Shown one piece after another: positions 30,601 through 44,400 of a stretch of DNA of 64,000 bases (its first letter is position 1; every line of letters begins with the position of its first letter). A program made the translations under genes and the position numbers. This DNA comes from Lingula anatina (lineage: Eukaryota > Animalia > Brachiopoda), in contig CM120649.1 in the NCBI GenBank assembly GCA_051362555.1, positions 8,060,001 through 8,124,000 of the forward strand. Direction: 5' to 3'. The notes under the pieces were generated by a model, which saw nothing but the letters and a program-made list of their open reading frames with translations, was not told the DNA's origin and ran no database searches.

Positions 30601-33600
30601 TCGTGTTCTTAGTCTGAGTCTTAGTTATAGTCTATGTAGGCTATGCTTTTATCCAACTGTTACATCCCTTCCTCACAGTAAAACAGCATTTTAATTGATG
30701 GCTTTTATTCATTTCTTTTAAGCCCCTCATATTTCATTTCTTTTCAAACATGGAATGGTAATATAATTTTTGTTTTATATGTATTTTATTATGCATGTAT
30801 ATTATATACAACGACTGAATAAACCCTTTTCACTTTAATCATGGTACACCACAAGATCCGCAGACGATGAAATCTTCACCAGCTCAGCAGGAGGCTCACA
30901 CTGCGTTCGTGACCATCTCTACGTTACACATATATACATACATGTATATATATATGTCGTCCTACTCTAGCTCTGACCACGTGCGCTAGTAGTAGCCTAT
31001 GTTACAGTAATGTTGTATGACACTGCAATTTTGTATACTATTTTAGGAGCCCTGATATCGGAGCGTGTGTTGTCCAGACCATGTCGAACTTGTTGGACAT
31101 GACCCCATATACTGATAGCATTGTCTGGTATAACTACGTACGGCACCGCCACTGATTTTACAGATATGATTATGGTCACTATCTGAATTTCAATGGAAAC
31201 ATTTTGACGGCTTTTTGTATATGTCAGATAATTTATACTACCGTTGTTACGTACAGTGCCCATAGATAGCAATTTGTCAAATTGCTTGGACAATGTTAAA
31301 AAACGGCTGAAGAGCAACTGATAACACATTGTTATCGTCCTTAGCACACGTGTGCGAGCCACCGTGTCCCGTGAAATGCCCATACCCTCTACCAGGGCCG
31401 CAGTTATTACATGTATTATGTGGACTTTTTTTTGCTGAAAACAGAGATTAGCCATCTATTTTAACCAGAGACATACATAAAACTGTTAATATCTAGTGAA
31501 AAATCAATCTGTGGTCCTGGAAGAGGGTAAAATTTTATCTCTTAATTTGCTTAAATCTTAATGATTTCAAGTCCGTCTCCAGCCCATGGTTTAATAAACA
31601 AAAGTATTCAAAGGTGACGTTTAATGACAACAGCAAAGTGACGTTTTCTATCGCTTACTGTGGCTCAAGGACTATTCAGTTCTCAATGTGTATTAATATC
31701 TTTTATTATCTTTTTGAATTTGGATGGAGTCGATTCTTTAGAACCGCAGTCGTGACATTATTACGCGTGCCAAGCCACAATCTTGGTTGTTGCGTGTAAA
31801 TAGACATGTTTGACAATATAATGTGAGAAAAAGTGAAAAGTAGCAGTATCCGCCCTTGTTAGTAATGAAAAGAAGCGCACATACCGTTAACCTCTCTACA
31901 CAAGCCAATTTTTTATATTTGTTACACAGGCACGATTCCCTTAGGTGTAAAATAAAGAAACAAAATTCCGGTCGTAGATTTAAGACAAATTAACTTTTGA
32001 CTGAAGTTCCTTTGTGGAATAGCCGAACTGTCCTGCCAACACAGTGGGACTGAGTTTTGTGGGCTGGACAAGGCAGTACTGAGGGAGTTTCGGACCTGCA
32101 GGTGGGGCAAACTTGATGGAATGTCTCTACCCTGGACAAGTATGGCCTTTAGGTTTTTTAGACATAGACCAAAAAACATGGCATTGCGGTTATTAGTAGA
32201 ACAGCGGTACACGTCCATTAAAACGTAAGAGGTGTGGGATTTACTGTCTTTGTCCTAGACGAAATTACAGCTAAAATACTTCAGGTGTAACCCTGTAGGT
32301 AGCCTCAGAGGTTGAGCGCGTCTCTCGCCTCGTCTGATCTCGGGAGATAAACAGCCGTAAATCAGGACCCTTGACAGGGGAAGCCCTCACCCGAAACCGA
32401 CCGCATCGTTTGTCATATCTCTGGCCCGGGGCTGGGAAATTAGACCCCGCCGCACTCACCAGAGCGCGACGTGGTGAACTCAGGCTTTGGCAGCATGTAT
32501 TTTTTTTCTCTCCTCCTATCTTCTTTTGCACCTTTAAAAACATTATACAATTATATTTACAGCCTTTAAGTGTCTCATTTTCAAAAGGTAACATGTTTAT
32601 AGAACTGCTTATTTTACTTCCACGATGACTCAAAATGACGCGAAAGTATTGTATTGTATTTTGATGTATTCATTTATGTTCGGATTGATTATCATGTTAA
32701 AACTAAATTTGATATTACGCGTATAATACGAAGTCGTCTCCTTACATTTCTTTCTTTTTTTAGTAAATATGTTGTGGAGGTGATGCCCCAATCTGTATAT
32801 GGTCATTTGTTTTGTAGAACATTCCAAGAGAAATTCGTGAAAAATTGTCAGACTTGTTATATGATAAACATGATTCACAGAGTTGTAGTAGTATTACTGA
32901 ACTATACGGTTTCAAGGCTATATAGAGAACCGGGTTGTAAATTGTTAACTGTTTGACAGGACTAATGTGCTCCACTGACATAACAATTGTTCAGACGATT
33001 ATGTGACGTTGAAGACGACAATTAACATTTTCTTCGTGTATTTTTACCTAGTATGTTGTATATTTTTTTGGTGTTTTAAGAATTTCTTCAGGGGGCATTT
33101 GATATTACGTGTGGCACTGTCATTTACATTGAACAATATGCGGTAAGAAAGTCCGTTTCTTATTTTTTTAAAAAGGTTTTTCCGTATAGAAAAAAAACTC
33201 AACTGACTATTTTAACTTTTTTCATTCGTCCTGAATTAACAATTTGGAGGAGTTGCTTTATACTTATTTTTGTTTACAAGTGTTACCTGTACTCACAGTG
33301 CCGTTAATACCCTGTTTTCCTACCGCCGGACATTACGGACGCATGGTTAAGAGCGTTAAAATTAAGTGCACATTTGTCGCGGTCAGTTTGGCGCGAATCC
33401 GGCCATTTAGGACATAAATCTGGTTTTTGACCGCAGCCGTGGTCAACCTGTTTTCTGGTCACTTTAGGGGTCTGTGGTGATAGGTTCTAATTGAGGAAGC
33501 TTGAAAGAATTTAATTTAATTTCCTTTTGTTTTTGTTTAAATTTTTTTCGATTCATAGTCATTATAATTGCCAAGGTGATTATTTTCGGTCATTATTTGC

Positions 33601-34713
33601 TTGTGTATTTGTTTGCTTTCTAGCCCTTTTATTTATTTATTTATATGTCTATTCTTTTATCTTTATGTGCACTTATTTTCTTTTATTTCAATGGCTATAT
33701 ACGTATATGCATCTTCTTGTTGTATTAGGTATTCTAAGGGAAATGAACACTGTCTTCAGAAAAAAAAAGACAGGATAATTTGGCAATGACCAAAAGAGCC
33801 AACAAAATCTTAATAAACAAAAAACAAACAAGCAAAAAAATACAAGGGAGGGTCAGCATTTTATGGAACTTTCTCTCCCACAAAGGAGCCTAGTGCCAGT
33901 TTCCTGGCTTATCCCGATCTTCCCTGTCGCAATCCTAGTCGCTTGGTCTGTCTCAACTACTGCAATTTAAAAAATAACCAATATTTGCTGCATGGATATT
34001 ACTGTGAGAAAGAATTATTTAACAAATGATATAAATGCTTACAGAGTATATGTCTTTATGAATTTGTTCCAGTGTCACAATATCTGAGAGATGGGGTGTT
34101 ATCTTTTTTTATAATCATCTGATCACTGGTTTACCAACTCACATTTAATAACATTGTGCAGCATCATAGCATTCATAAGCATATTATCTTAGATCGTGAA
34201 GAAGGATAGATTTACAAGCACACGCAAGAGCAGTAAGTGTGTTTTTTGTAATTTGTTTAGTTTTTTTGGTTTGTATTTATCAATTTCTCGACATAACGTC
34301 ATCAGAAGAGGTGAAATCCCACATACGGTCTGATCTAATATAGTTAACGATTTTAAGTGCTGTGAGATTTATAGATGAGCCCTGTGTTTATGATTGAAAT
34401 TATCCACATATTTTATTGTCCATTTTGTGTCAAAAAGAATGTGAGGAAGGTATACACGTTAGATATCATTGATACTTTACTGAGCACTAAAATTTTACAG
34501 ATACATTTACGGACTCTTCACAATTAATTTTGTATATATGTATGTACACAAAGACAACTAAAGGAGTGAGACAATACGATTGAGAGTTAATTAGTACTTT
34601 GCCCATATATTTTACTAGATCAAACGTGAATATTGAATGATAAGTGATAGTATTGCGCAACAGATGAAGATCAGTATGATAATTTAACTAAAAAATAAGC
34701 CAAGAGGAAGATG

Positions 34714-34763
34714 ATCCTGATTGCATCCTGATTGTATTCTGATTGTATTCTGATTGTATTCTG
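34714..34763. repeat. 11-bp tandem repeat (attctgattgt), ~4.5 copies
   Basis: atcctgattgc atcctgattgt attctgattgt attctgattgt attctg. Confidence 0.8.
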
Positions 34764-35740
34764 GATAGTGACTTGTCACCTTTATATGTATATATAAATT
34801 AATATAGTCGACGAATAAATAAATATGATAAAAAAATTAATCGGAAAGACGGATTACTAAATATATTGCCTCGATCTTCATTGTATCTGCGCTGTAAACT
34901 TTATTCCCGTACGCGTGTTTTGCGTGTCTTGCTTGAGGACGGAGGAAATAACATGTAGGCATGACGCGGCCATTAACTGCCAACTTCACATAATTATTCA
35001 AGAAGTCGTAACCGAATGCATGATTTCAACAACTGCGATTGTTTCACAAAGAGATGCCAAAGAAGTGACATGAGCACTAAAATATAAAAAAAATCGGCAT
35101 AATACAAACTTATATTTTACATCTTTGGCAGGGCCAAATACATGTCCTGTAAGTTATACCATAGGAGGCCGTTTATTCAAGTAGCACTGTAATACATGCT
35201 GAACCTAAAGCACTTTCATTCAGTCGCTCTTTTCTCTCTCACGACCACGAAGATCACTCTCGGTTCCATAACAAAGATGTCAGTTTTCTCTAATTGCTTC
35301 AACAATCGCCGGCAATGACGCGGAATCGCAAATCTTCTCGTTGATTTACGGACTAATCGGGCGAATTATTTTACGACAAGATACAAGATGGCACTACTAC
35401 TATCGCGGCTTCGCCACCATTCTCAAGGTTCTGGGAAGAACAGGGGTGACATTATAACGTACAATCCAAGTTTTTTATATATATACTTTTTGATGTATAA
35501 AGGAGGGGTGACGTTGCGTAAAAGGGCGGGTGGAGTCCTCTCAGAAAGTCAGAGGTGGAGACAGCATTTTTACTGATAATGCAGGGTTTTACGAAGAAGG
35601 GGGGGGATGGTGCGTGGGGGGGGGGGAGTTTGTGTCTTCACAGTGCACACACACTCGCACACACACACTGAAGACAAATTTGCATAAGCAGACAAACAAT
35701 GTTTTTTTTTGTAAAAAAAAAAAAAAAAAACCGGGGCTCC

Positions 35741-35742
<2 letters not shown>

Positions 35743-35792
<50 letters not shown>
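35743..35792. repeat. (TTA)n microsatellite
   Basis: Direct sequence. Confidence 0.9.
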
Positions 35793-38070
35793 TGGTAACC
35801 TAAGGAGGAAGCAACCTCTATTCCTTCTACCACCTCTTGTCCTTGCCTCAGCTTGACGTCTAAGTCGTGAGAAATCGAGAGAAAAAAATCATGTTCTGTC
35901 TCATTGTCAAGTGCCACCTGGAATTTCCAGAACATACTAATTATATCATCGTACTGAAATCCATCAAGTCCCCGAGGCAGGCTCGAGATTAAGAGAGTTA
36001 TTTTATTGCTCATTTGATTGACTAAAAGTGCTGTGTTTCAAGACGCCCTGTGCTATTTTTGTGAATTTTACGATGTTTTTTTTTTTTTTTTTAAGATTTA
36101 CGATTATTGCATGCCGTGTTTATGTTTTTTCTTTAACTTTCTGACTTGAAGATTTTTGTATCTCTTGTTTTTACGGATACTATTTTTGACTTGTAGTTGA
36201 GGCTACACAATGAAGATACATAAGCGATATATTTGCCCTAAACTTGAGATTTAGATCTTGAAAGTGCCACTGGCCATGCATACGGACATGAGCGTTGGTA
36301 AGTGCGTGCGAGCACGCGCGTGTGTTTGCAGATGTGTATCAGAGCATCATATAGGAAAGAAAGCGGCTGAAATAAACGTTTCAAACCAGCATTTTCAGCA
36401 GACAATCATTGAAATTATTCTGAAGCTTAGCTGGGTTGTTCTTCTTTTTTTGTTTTGTTCTTTGCTTGTTCTTTTTTTTTTTTTTTTTCATTAAAACGAT
36501 TCTATGTCATATCACGCCAAACAATGAAGAAATGAAAGGCGTAAACAAGATTACATTAAAAACATACTTCATCCTTCCAAAGCAATTTCCTTGATTCAGT
36601 TTTTCTTAAATCAGCCGAGTTGAGTGCCAGAGAGTCCCGACGATTTCTTAATTAGACGAATGTAGAATTCATTAATATGCTCTTTATTTCCATTTGCTTC
36701 AAATGGATAGCGAGACCTCGTTGCCCTTGCACCGTGCTACGACAGAGACAAAAATGATCTAATGAAATCAATCGTGTTGCATTAGAAGTAGAATCCATGG
36801 AGTGATACTGATAATTGAACAGAATGCGTAGAAGCGGCCGCGTCGTAGCGTGTGCGTGTTGTACAGACAATTAATTGACGAGTGCGCGGGAAATTACGCT
36901 AATGCCTTTTTTTAAATTAGATGCGGGTTTTGAACATAGCGCAGATGTTTGAGTCACTAAAGCTGTTCTTGATTAGTTATTTTAGAATGTATGTTGTTTT
37001 AGGGTGCGTGAGTACTGTACATTTCCACACGAATCTCTCTTTCTCTTCCTCTCTCTCTCTCTCTCTTTCTCTCTGCAATACATTATTTAAGCATGTTTCA
37101 CTACACATACGCATATACACCAACACGCACCCATACTTTCACACCCACACGCACACATACATTGTCATTAACGACAAACCCATGTAATCTTGGAGGCATT
37201 TTCAGTATCTTTTTTACTCATATTTGTGGGTAATGGGAAAAAACGCTGTAAATGTGTTCGTAGTGCGTGTGCTATCAACCGCAGCTTGCCTACCTACTTG
37301 GATTTGACACTGTGATTAACAAGCTGCCTCTCTGGACGCGATACAAACCATTAAAACCTACTCTGGGTATGACAAAGATGGATGACATTAGTGGAAGGCG
37401 TAGTGGGAGAGAGCAAGAGGTTTTTACTACGTCACGGTTCTTGGTTCTAGCCGTATTAATATTGAGCAAGGTTTTGCTTTTACTTTCATTTTGTCTCCCT
37501 TTTTTTTCTTTTTTAATTCAGTTAATTTCATTGTGTTACATTTCACACACATCTTCTAAATTCTGTTTGGTGGTTCTAACCTGTGAACATAGCTTGGTTT
37601 TTTTTCACTGTTAATGTTGAACACGTTAGAGGTTTTCATATAAACAACTCCTTTTTGTCGATAGCAATTTGACATATTCTTTTTTTATATTATATCTTTT
37701 CACATTGTTATTGTCAAAAAGTAAGACAGAACATATTTATGACAACTTTTCAAATTTGTGAACACGATGTGTTATATCCTGTCATTTCGATTGCACATTA
37801 CACTTGGTGCGATCTACGTTAATGTTGAACTCAGTGATAGATTTTGTGTGTGCGGATTGCGTTTACGTTCACGTTTCTACTTTTTCTTCTCATTAATTTT
37901 CTTAATTTGTTTCCTTAACATTGGGCGTATCTTTTAACTTTATCTATTAATTAAATCTGTTGTGTATTTTTGCAGTCGTGATATCACTTGGCTTTGTTTA
38001 ATATATATATATCCATTAATGAGCTACTTGTGTTGTATACGTAAATTAGTTGCGATCCTTTTCTTCTCTC

Positions 38071-38078
<8 letters not shown>

Positions 38079-38156
<78 letters not shown>
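38079..38156. repeat. (TA)n microsatellite
   Basis: Direct sequence. Confidence 0.95.
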
Positions 38157-38159
<3 letters not shown>

Positions 38160-39191
38160 TGTTGTATCCATTTGTTTTATTTATTTACTTATTCAATTTT
38201 GTGGAGAGCATTTAATGCTTTTAGCGCTTTGCCTCCATTTCTTTCGAATAAACATTGTTAAAAAAATGAACTACCCGCCTACATGAGAAACTGCATTTCA
38301 TTTTGCATTGCATCTGTTCACCTTAAAGTCCACAGCGTAATTATTCCAAATCTTTAAAAAATTCGAGATAAAAAAGGAAATAAGTTGTGGCACCAAGACC
38401 TCATTAACGACCACCCAAATGTACCATATAGTGGGGTATATGTCAACTTATTCGATATGTTCAGTGATCCAACCAGAATAGTTGCAAACACTAAACAAAA
38501 CAACGACAGAAGAAAAATTAGAACACAAAAACAACGTATTCAAAATATTAGTTTGCCTGGAATCACAGCGTTCTCTGTTTGCAGAATTTTGAGAGGAATC
38601 ACTGAGGAAAATAAATGAATTTTTCTACACATACTGTAGAATGTGTATTTTGGAAAATAAACAATGCATGTACATACATCTTGAAGAAACAGTTTTTAAA
38701 CATAGCACAATTGATTTATAGTATATTTTTTACCAGGGTCATATCACTAATAGTACATTTGAGCTGTCCAACCGCCGCAGTCTTTCTTTCAGGAACAGTA
38801 CTTCATTGCAGTTGGCATTAGTTGTAAAAAAGACTCCCAGTTGTTGACAGATCATAATAATTTTCTGTGATATAACCTAAGTGTATAATTCAGATTTACA
38901 AATCAAATGTACTCTGTGTTTCAGTGATATGATCCAGAGAAAAAAGATATACATCTAATAAATTAGATGCCCAATGATTCCCTAATGAACCTACATCATA
39001 GAGTTGATTTGAAGATTGTACATGTATTTTCTGCTGAAGATTACACGATAGGCTACATCATAAACACAATAAAAGATTTAATAATAATAATAATAATAAT
39101 AATAATGTTCATGGTTCCAGAGTATTGTATTTCCTGATGTTTTAGTGATAGTAATCACGTACTACTGACAAAGGGTAGAACAGCTGAGATT

Positions 39192-39281
39192 TATAATATA
39201 ATATAATATAATATAATATAATATAATATAATATAATATAATATAATATAATATAATATAATATAATATAATATAATATAA
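39192..39281. repeat. (TAATA)n pentanucleotide microsatellite
   Basis: Direct sequence. Confidence 0.9.
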
Positions 39282-41462
39282 CATGAAGCCATAATTTATA
39301 TGTATTTGTATTACCCGTAGTACAGAGAACCTACAGGAGTACCAATCATATCACTCAGGGCTCAATAGATTACTATGATTATAATTATAATAATCATTAC
39401 TATATAATCATTATTTTTCGTTTTAGGAGTTTTCGTGTTGGATGCATAGATCTACTGCTTTCCCCATTAAGATTCTCATTACTGTCATTATCAACAACGA
39501 CATGACAATCAGCAGCAAACGTCATCTTTTCTCGAGCCATGCTGCTACGCTCCATCAACGATCTCTTCAGCAGCCAATCGACCTGGACAGCCGATACCAA
39601 TCAGAAGGAAGGCCTTCGGCGCTTCATATCCGCAAATGTATTGTCATTTTCCTTGTTAGAGGATAATAATATCCCTTTGCTCTTTTGTAAGCTACAAGGT
39701 ACTGATTATGAGGGGGACAATACCCCGAAATGAGATTCCGGCTCGTCTGCCGTGAGAAAGGATTATCGGCTATCCCGAGGGAGATGGTGCTATCCCAAGG
39801 GATACTGAGATATCCTTTGAAAGCTTACACCCTGGAATATTTGAGTATGTTGCTGCCAAATGTAGGCGATCTATTCTAAATATTTAATTATAAGTATCTC
39901 ATCACCCCTCCCCTTCCCGTTTCAGCGCAGTAATCCGGATCTCGTTGCAAATAAAGACACGAACGATAGCCATGTGATTCTTCTCTACGCGAATGTCTGA
40001 AATATTGATGAACAAAAAAATACAACAGAAAAAAATTTCAATTTAAATTTTACATAATGATTTTGATACAACAAAAAGGTTAAAATGTGCTTGATGTGGT
40101 TTTATGAATTTTTCATGTCAAAGATATGAAGCGTATGTAAATTTCATGTTATACAGATACTGGGTATTCGGCGTGTGGAATTTAAAAAGGCAAATTAATA
40201 AAAGACAATTGAAAAAAGCAATGCGTTTTCTACCCAAAGTTTTTGTTATATTTATACATACAATATTCGTAAATTGAAGATACAGATTTGAAATTAAGTT
40301 AAACTTATGTCGCACAAAAAACCCTATACGTTTAAATCTTGGTGGTTCAAATAAAACACTCAACTAAGCTATACATTTTAAAACATCAATGTTGCCAACA
40401 TGATTTTTAATTTTTCTAAGCAATATCCTAAAAGCCTTCCCTTCTAAAAGCACTTCATAACATTTTAATGTCTCAACATAATTTCCTTGTTTTCGATCTG
40501 CCCTTCAATCAACTGTTCAAAGCAAAAGCAACAAGCATATTATATCTACTACATTTCACACGCATTTTAATGTCAAACAAATTAAAACGTAATGTTGAGC
40601 AGTCAAATCAACCAACTGGAAACGAGGAAACAATCGCATCAACCCCTTGAATTTCTAAAGCGCGCGCTCTCGAGGGTGCGCAGGCGCCCGGGTATCGTCT
40701 GCCGATGCAACTCTTAATATCGCTGTATCGCTTCCCGATCACGCTTAAGCGAATAAATTGAACGAACTCAGTGACTGCAGTGGATTAATACTCATTTGTG
40801 GCACAAATAGCTCCATTCATTTTTAATGAATTAATTTTTCTGCACATATTTGAAGTGCGCAGACGATAAGCAGCAAATGGGTCCGTCGCGAAGCTTTTGG
40901 GACTCGCTAACAGGATACAATCAGGTCGCTCGCTAGTGTCGCTTGAATGGACGTGTGTTTCCAGGGATTTCATTGAAATTGACACTTTCAATAACGTAAT
41001 CACGTTTCACAGAGTTTACGCGAACAATGCCATTATCAGTGATCGCGCCGTGTACGGATGGTTCACACGTGTGCGGTCATGATTGCTTTATTATTTGGGT
41101 ACCAAGAGAATTCATTTGAAGAGAGATGATTACTTTACTGAGAGAGAGAGAGAGAGAGAGAGGAGAGGAGAGAGAGAGAGAGAATGAGAGAGATCCTTTG
41201 CAATGGCGAAATTTTGAAATAAGCATTCATGTTTTGATATTAATTCCCAAATTAGTAATTTCCAAGTAACTCTGCGCGTCCTTGCAAACATTGGCGGCAC
41301 ATACGTTTCAATTTAACGTTTACCCATACAAAACTTAACACAATTCGCGAAAAAAATGGAAAGAAAAAAATGTATGAATTAATACAATGTATAATGACAT
41401 TGACAAAGTCTGGAAATCTTTTTAAGGAAAATGATTTGACTTTAAAAACTCTCAAATAAAAA

Positions 41463-41494
<32 letters not shown>

Positions 41495-44400
41495 AGTGAC
41501 TGCTGCTCTCTCTCTTTCTCTCTCTTTCTCTTTCTCTCCCTGTATGTGGGTGACATACAAAAGCGTAACCGAAGTTCTCCACAGCAGATCTTTTCCCCGC
41601 CACCCCCCCCCCCCCGCACCCCCGCACCCCCCGCTGGGCACACTGCTTTCTGACCAACCGGGGGAGTGTTTGTATCGACCTTTCTTCGATTTAGGTCTAA
41701 ATGAAACATAGAACTAGATATGTCATTGAATGATTTCCGTTAATTGGCAATCTGACTGGCCCCGGCTCGGCGTACGCTCTGTATAATTGATACTTCCATT
41801 TTTTCTTCCCTCTCACACTCATTCCATCCCATCACCACTGACAATGTTGAAATTCCCTTTGATGGCTTTGTTTTTATTTCTGTTTCAGTATTTTTACTCT
41901 GTTTTCGATCTACATTTATTTCTTTCTTTTTCTGTTTCAAATAAATCCTTCACTTGTCATTCATTTCTCTTTTCTCATCCTCTCCCTCATTCCAAATATA
42001 CCAGTTCATATTTCCAATGTGGTTTGCTGTACTTTTTTTTCATTTTTAATCACCTTTTTTTTTATTTTCATTTCATTTGCTTTTAAGGTAATTAGCCGTT
42101 TTGTTTTCCTCTCAAATTGCATGAGAAAATGAAACGAGACGAAACACAAGTTAGTACCGGTGAATAGCCCCTACGCTTTGGCAAATAAACTGAATCAGAA
42201 GTTATAAAACACTCAATAAATGTTTGATGCCTAACAGATTTGAATCATTGTGCGCAGTAAGAGTGGGGATTGTCCCCATCGCATCCGTATTATTTTACCG
42301 TGATTATGTTAAAGCAGTGAAGATATTGTGCAATTTGAAGACACAGAGGTGTAGTGGGGCGAACAGCGTTTTCAATACGAAGACAAAAAAAGCACCTTGT
42401 TCAATAACTTCCAACTAGTCGTTTCAAATATTACCTTTCACACCAATTAAAATATCATAACATGTCCGCGGGTATTGAATACCGTCTTGTTAGTTCTACA
42501 CGTATCCGCACCAATAGAAGGTGTTATTCTAAGGGCGCGCTTTGAACGGAGGTATTGAACACCGATAAATCCCCCCTTTTATCCTGCCGCAACAAAAATA
42601 CCATTAAAATGCACAAAAACAAATAAATAAGCCACAGCTATGAATGCGTCAGCGGGCAAACAGAAGATATAATGTAAAGTAAACACCGCCTAAACGAAGC
42701 AAATTTGGGCTCCGTGGGACTCCTTTGTGAAGGCCCATCGAGGCGTGAGAGAAGGTATACTAACAAGTTATAATCTATAAATTTCATTTTCACCTTGTTA
42801 TTTATTTTCATTTCGATATTTGGGAAAGGGAACATCAACGCTTGCTTGCGGGGTTCTCATTAGCTAGACCAACTATAAAACAGAAAAAAAGCAGACGACA
42901 CCGCTGAGGTCACGTGACCCGAACTCCTCCCTTCGCCCCCTCGGGGACCTTCGGTCATCTCCGCTAGCCGGGGAACAATAGCGACATTGACGAAGCTTGA
43001 GAAATAAATACAAATACAAGAAACTTGGTCCATGTCAACAGACAACAACGATTCGAAATGCATTTAGCCGCGAAAATATTGACTAAGTTGTAGAGCGTTA
43101 ATGGAAGATCCTGACGAGCAAGAGCTTCCATTATTTGAACAAAGCGCAAAGTCAACGAAATGAAAGGATACAGCGGTTGTGGAGAAACCGCTCAAATATT
43201 TGCTCTACCCTCCACGGCTGGGGGTTCCAGCGAGAGCTATCTACATGGCCAGCATACAGACACACACAACGACTCGGGTCGCACTTTCAGTACATTTTAA
43301 TGACACAAATTGCGCACTAGCTGGTAGCATCCTCAAATATGCCGTTTTGACGTCCTTGTTTTTTTCGTTTTTCATTTTTTATGAAGTTTTGCCAGACAAA
43401 ATATCCGGTAACGTATGGGTTGACTGTACAATTGTCAGAATGGAATTTTCACATTTTTGATGGCGTTTAAAATAACACTTTTCATATTATAAAAAATGAT
43501 AAAATTTAAGAATAACTGTATTCACGTATATCAGTTTTTGAGTTAAAAGGTGACGAAACTGAAACTGAACATTTGGTTGTTTAATTGAATTCTTTTTTGT
43601 TTATTCTTTACTCTGCCAGCTTTTTTTTCTATTGTCTGTACTGACTGTCAGGTGAATGCGTGGGAAAAAAGGCTAATTATGGGTTTACCGTGGGGGGGGG
43701 GGGGGGAGGGGGAGATGTCTGTAGATTGTCATCCAGGTGAACCTCTCACAGCTGGCGATTCAGCGAAAATATGGCATCTTTTCTAACCCCAGAAGACAGC
43801 TGGAACAAATTTCTGTGATAAAACCAACAGGTACATGCTCATCAATAAGCTCATCAATAAACCTGCCTGACTGTATGTGTGTGTGTCTGTGTGTGTGTGT
43901 GTCTGTCTGTCTGTCTGACAGCCTTGCAGCCTTGCAGCCAGTGCAATGGGATGGTATCAGAAATCCAAGACCCTCCATGCTAACAAAAGCTTGATGGACC
44001 CTAGATGGGTCCTCGCCTAAATCAAACAGTAAAATATGCTGCTAAAGTTTTCTCTGTCATTCTCTTTTGGTTTTACAATTCCAATCTTTCAATATTGTCT
44101 GTAAGAAAAATTTTACACATTGATAACACTGAACCAGCTTTGGTTCTCGGGTCGTGTCAGTCCGTTGAGAAAGATTTATAGTCAGTTGCTAGCTTTGTTC
44201 ACACCGTAGTAATTTATGTAGTACTGTACAAACAAAAAACCAATTTACTGCGAGCCACTTTCATGCTATTTATGACCTTAAAGTCCACATTATGACGTCT
44301 TAAAGAGTTGAGGCAAACATGGATGATTTAGGCGTTACTGATATTGTATCAGGCTTAATCACGACCAAAACAAGATTTAAAATTTTGAGATAAAGTTGAT

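Noticed and set aside
30997-31455. 152-aa minus-strand ORF as a gene
   Set aside because: No recognisable motif or splice context; more likely chance or the shadow of decayed sequence.
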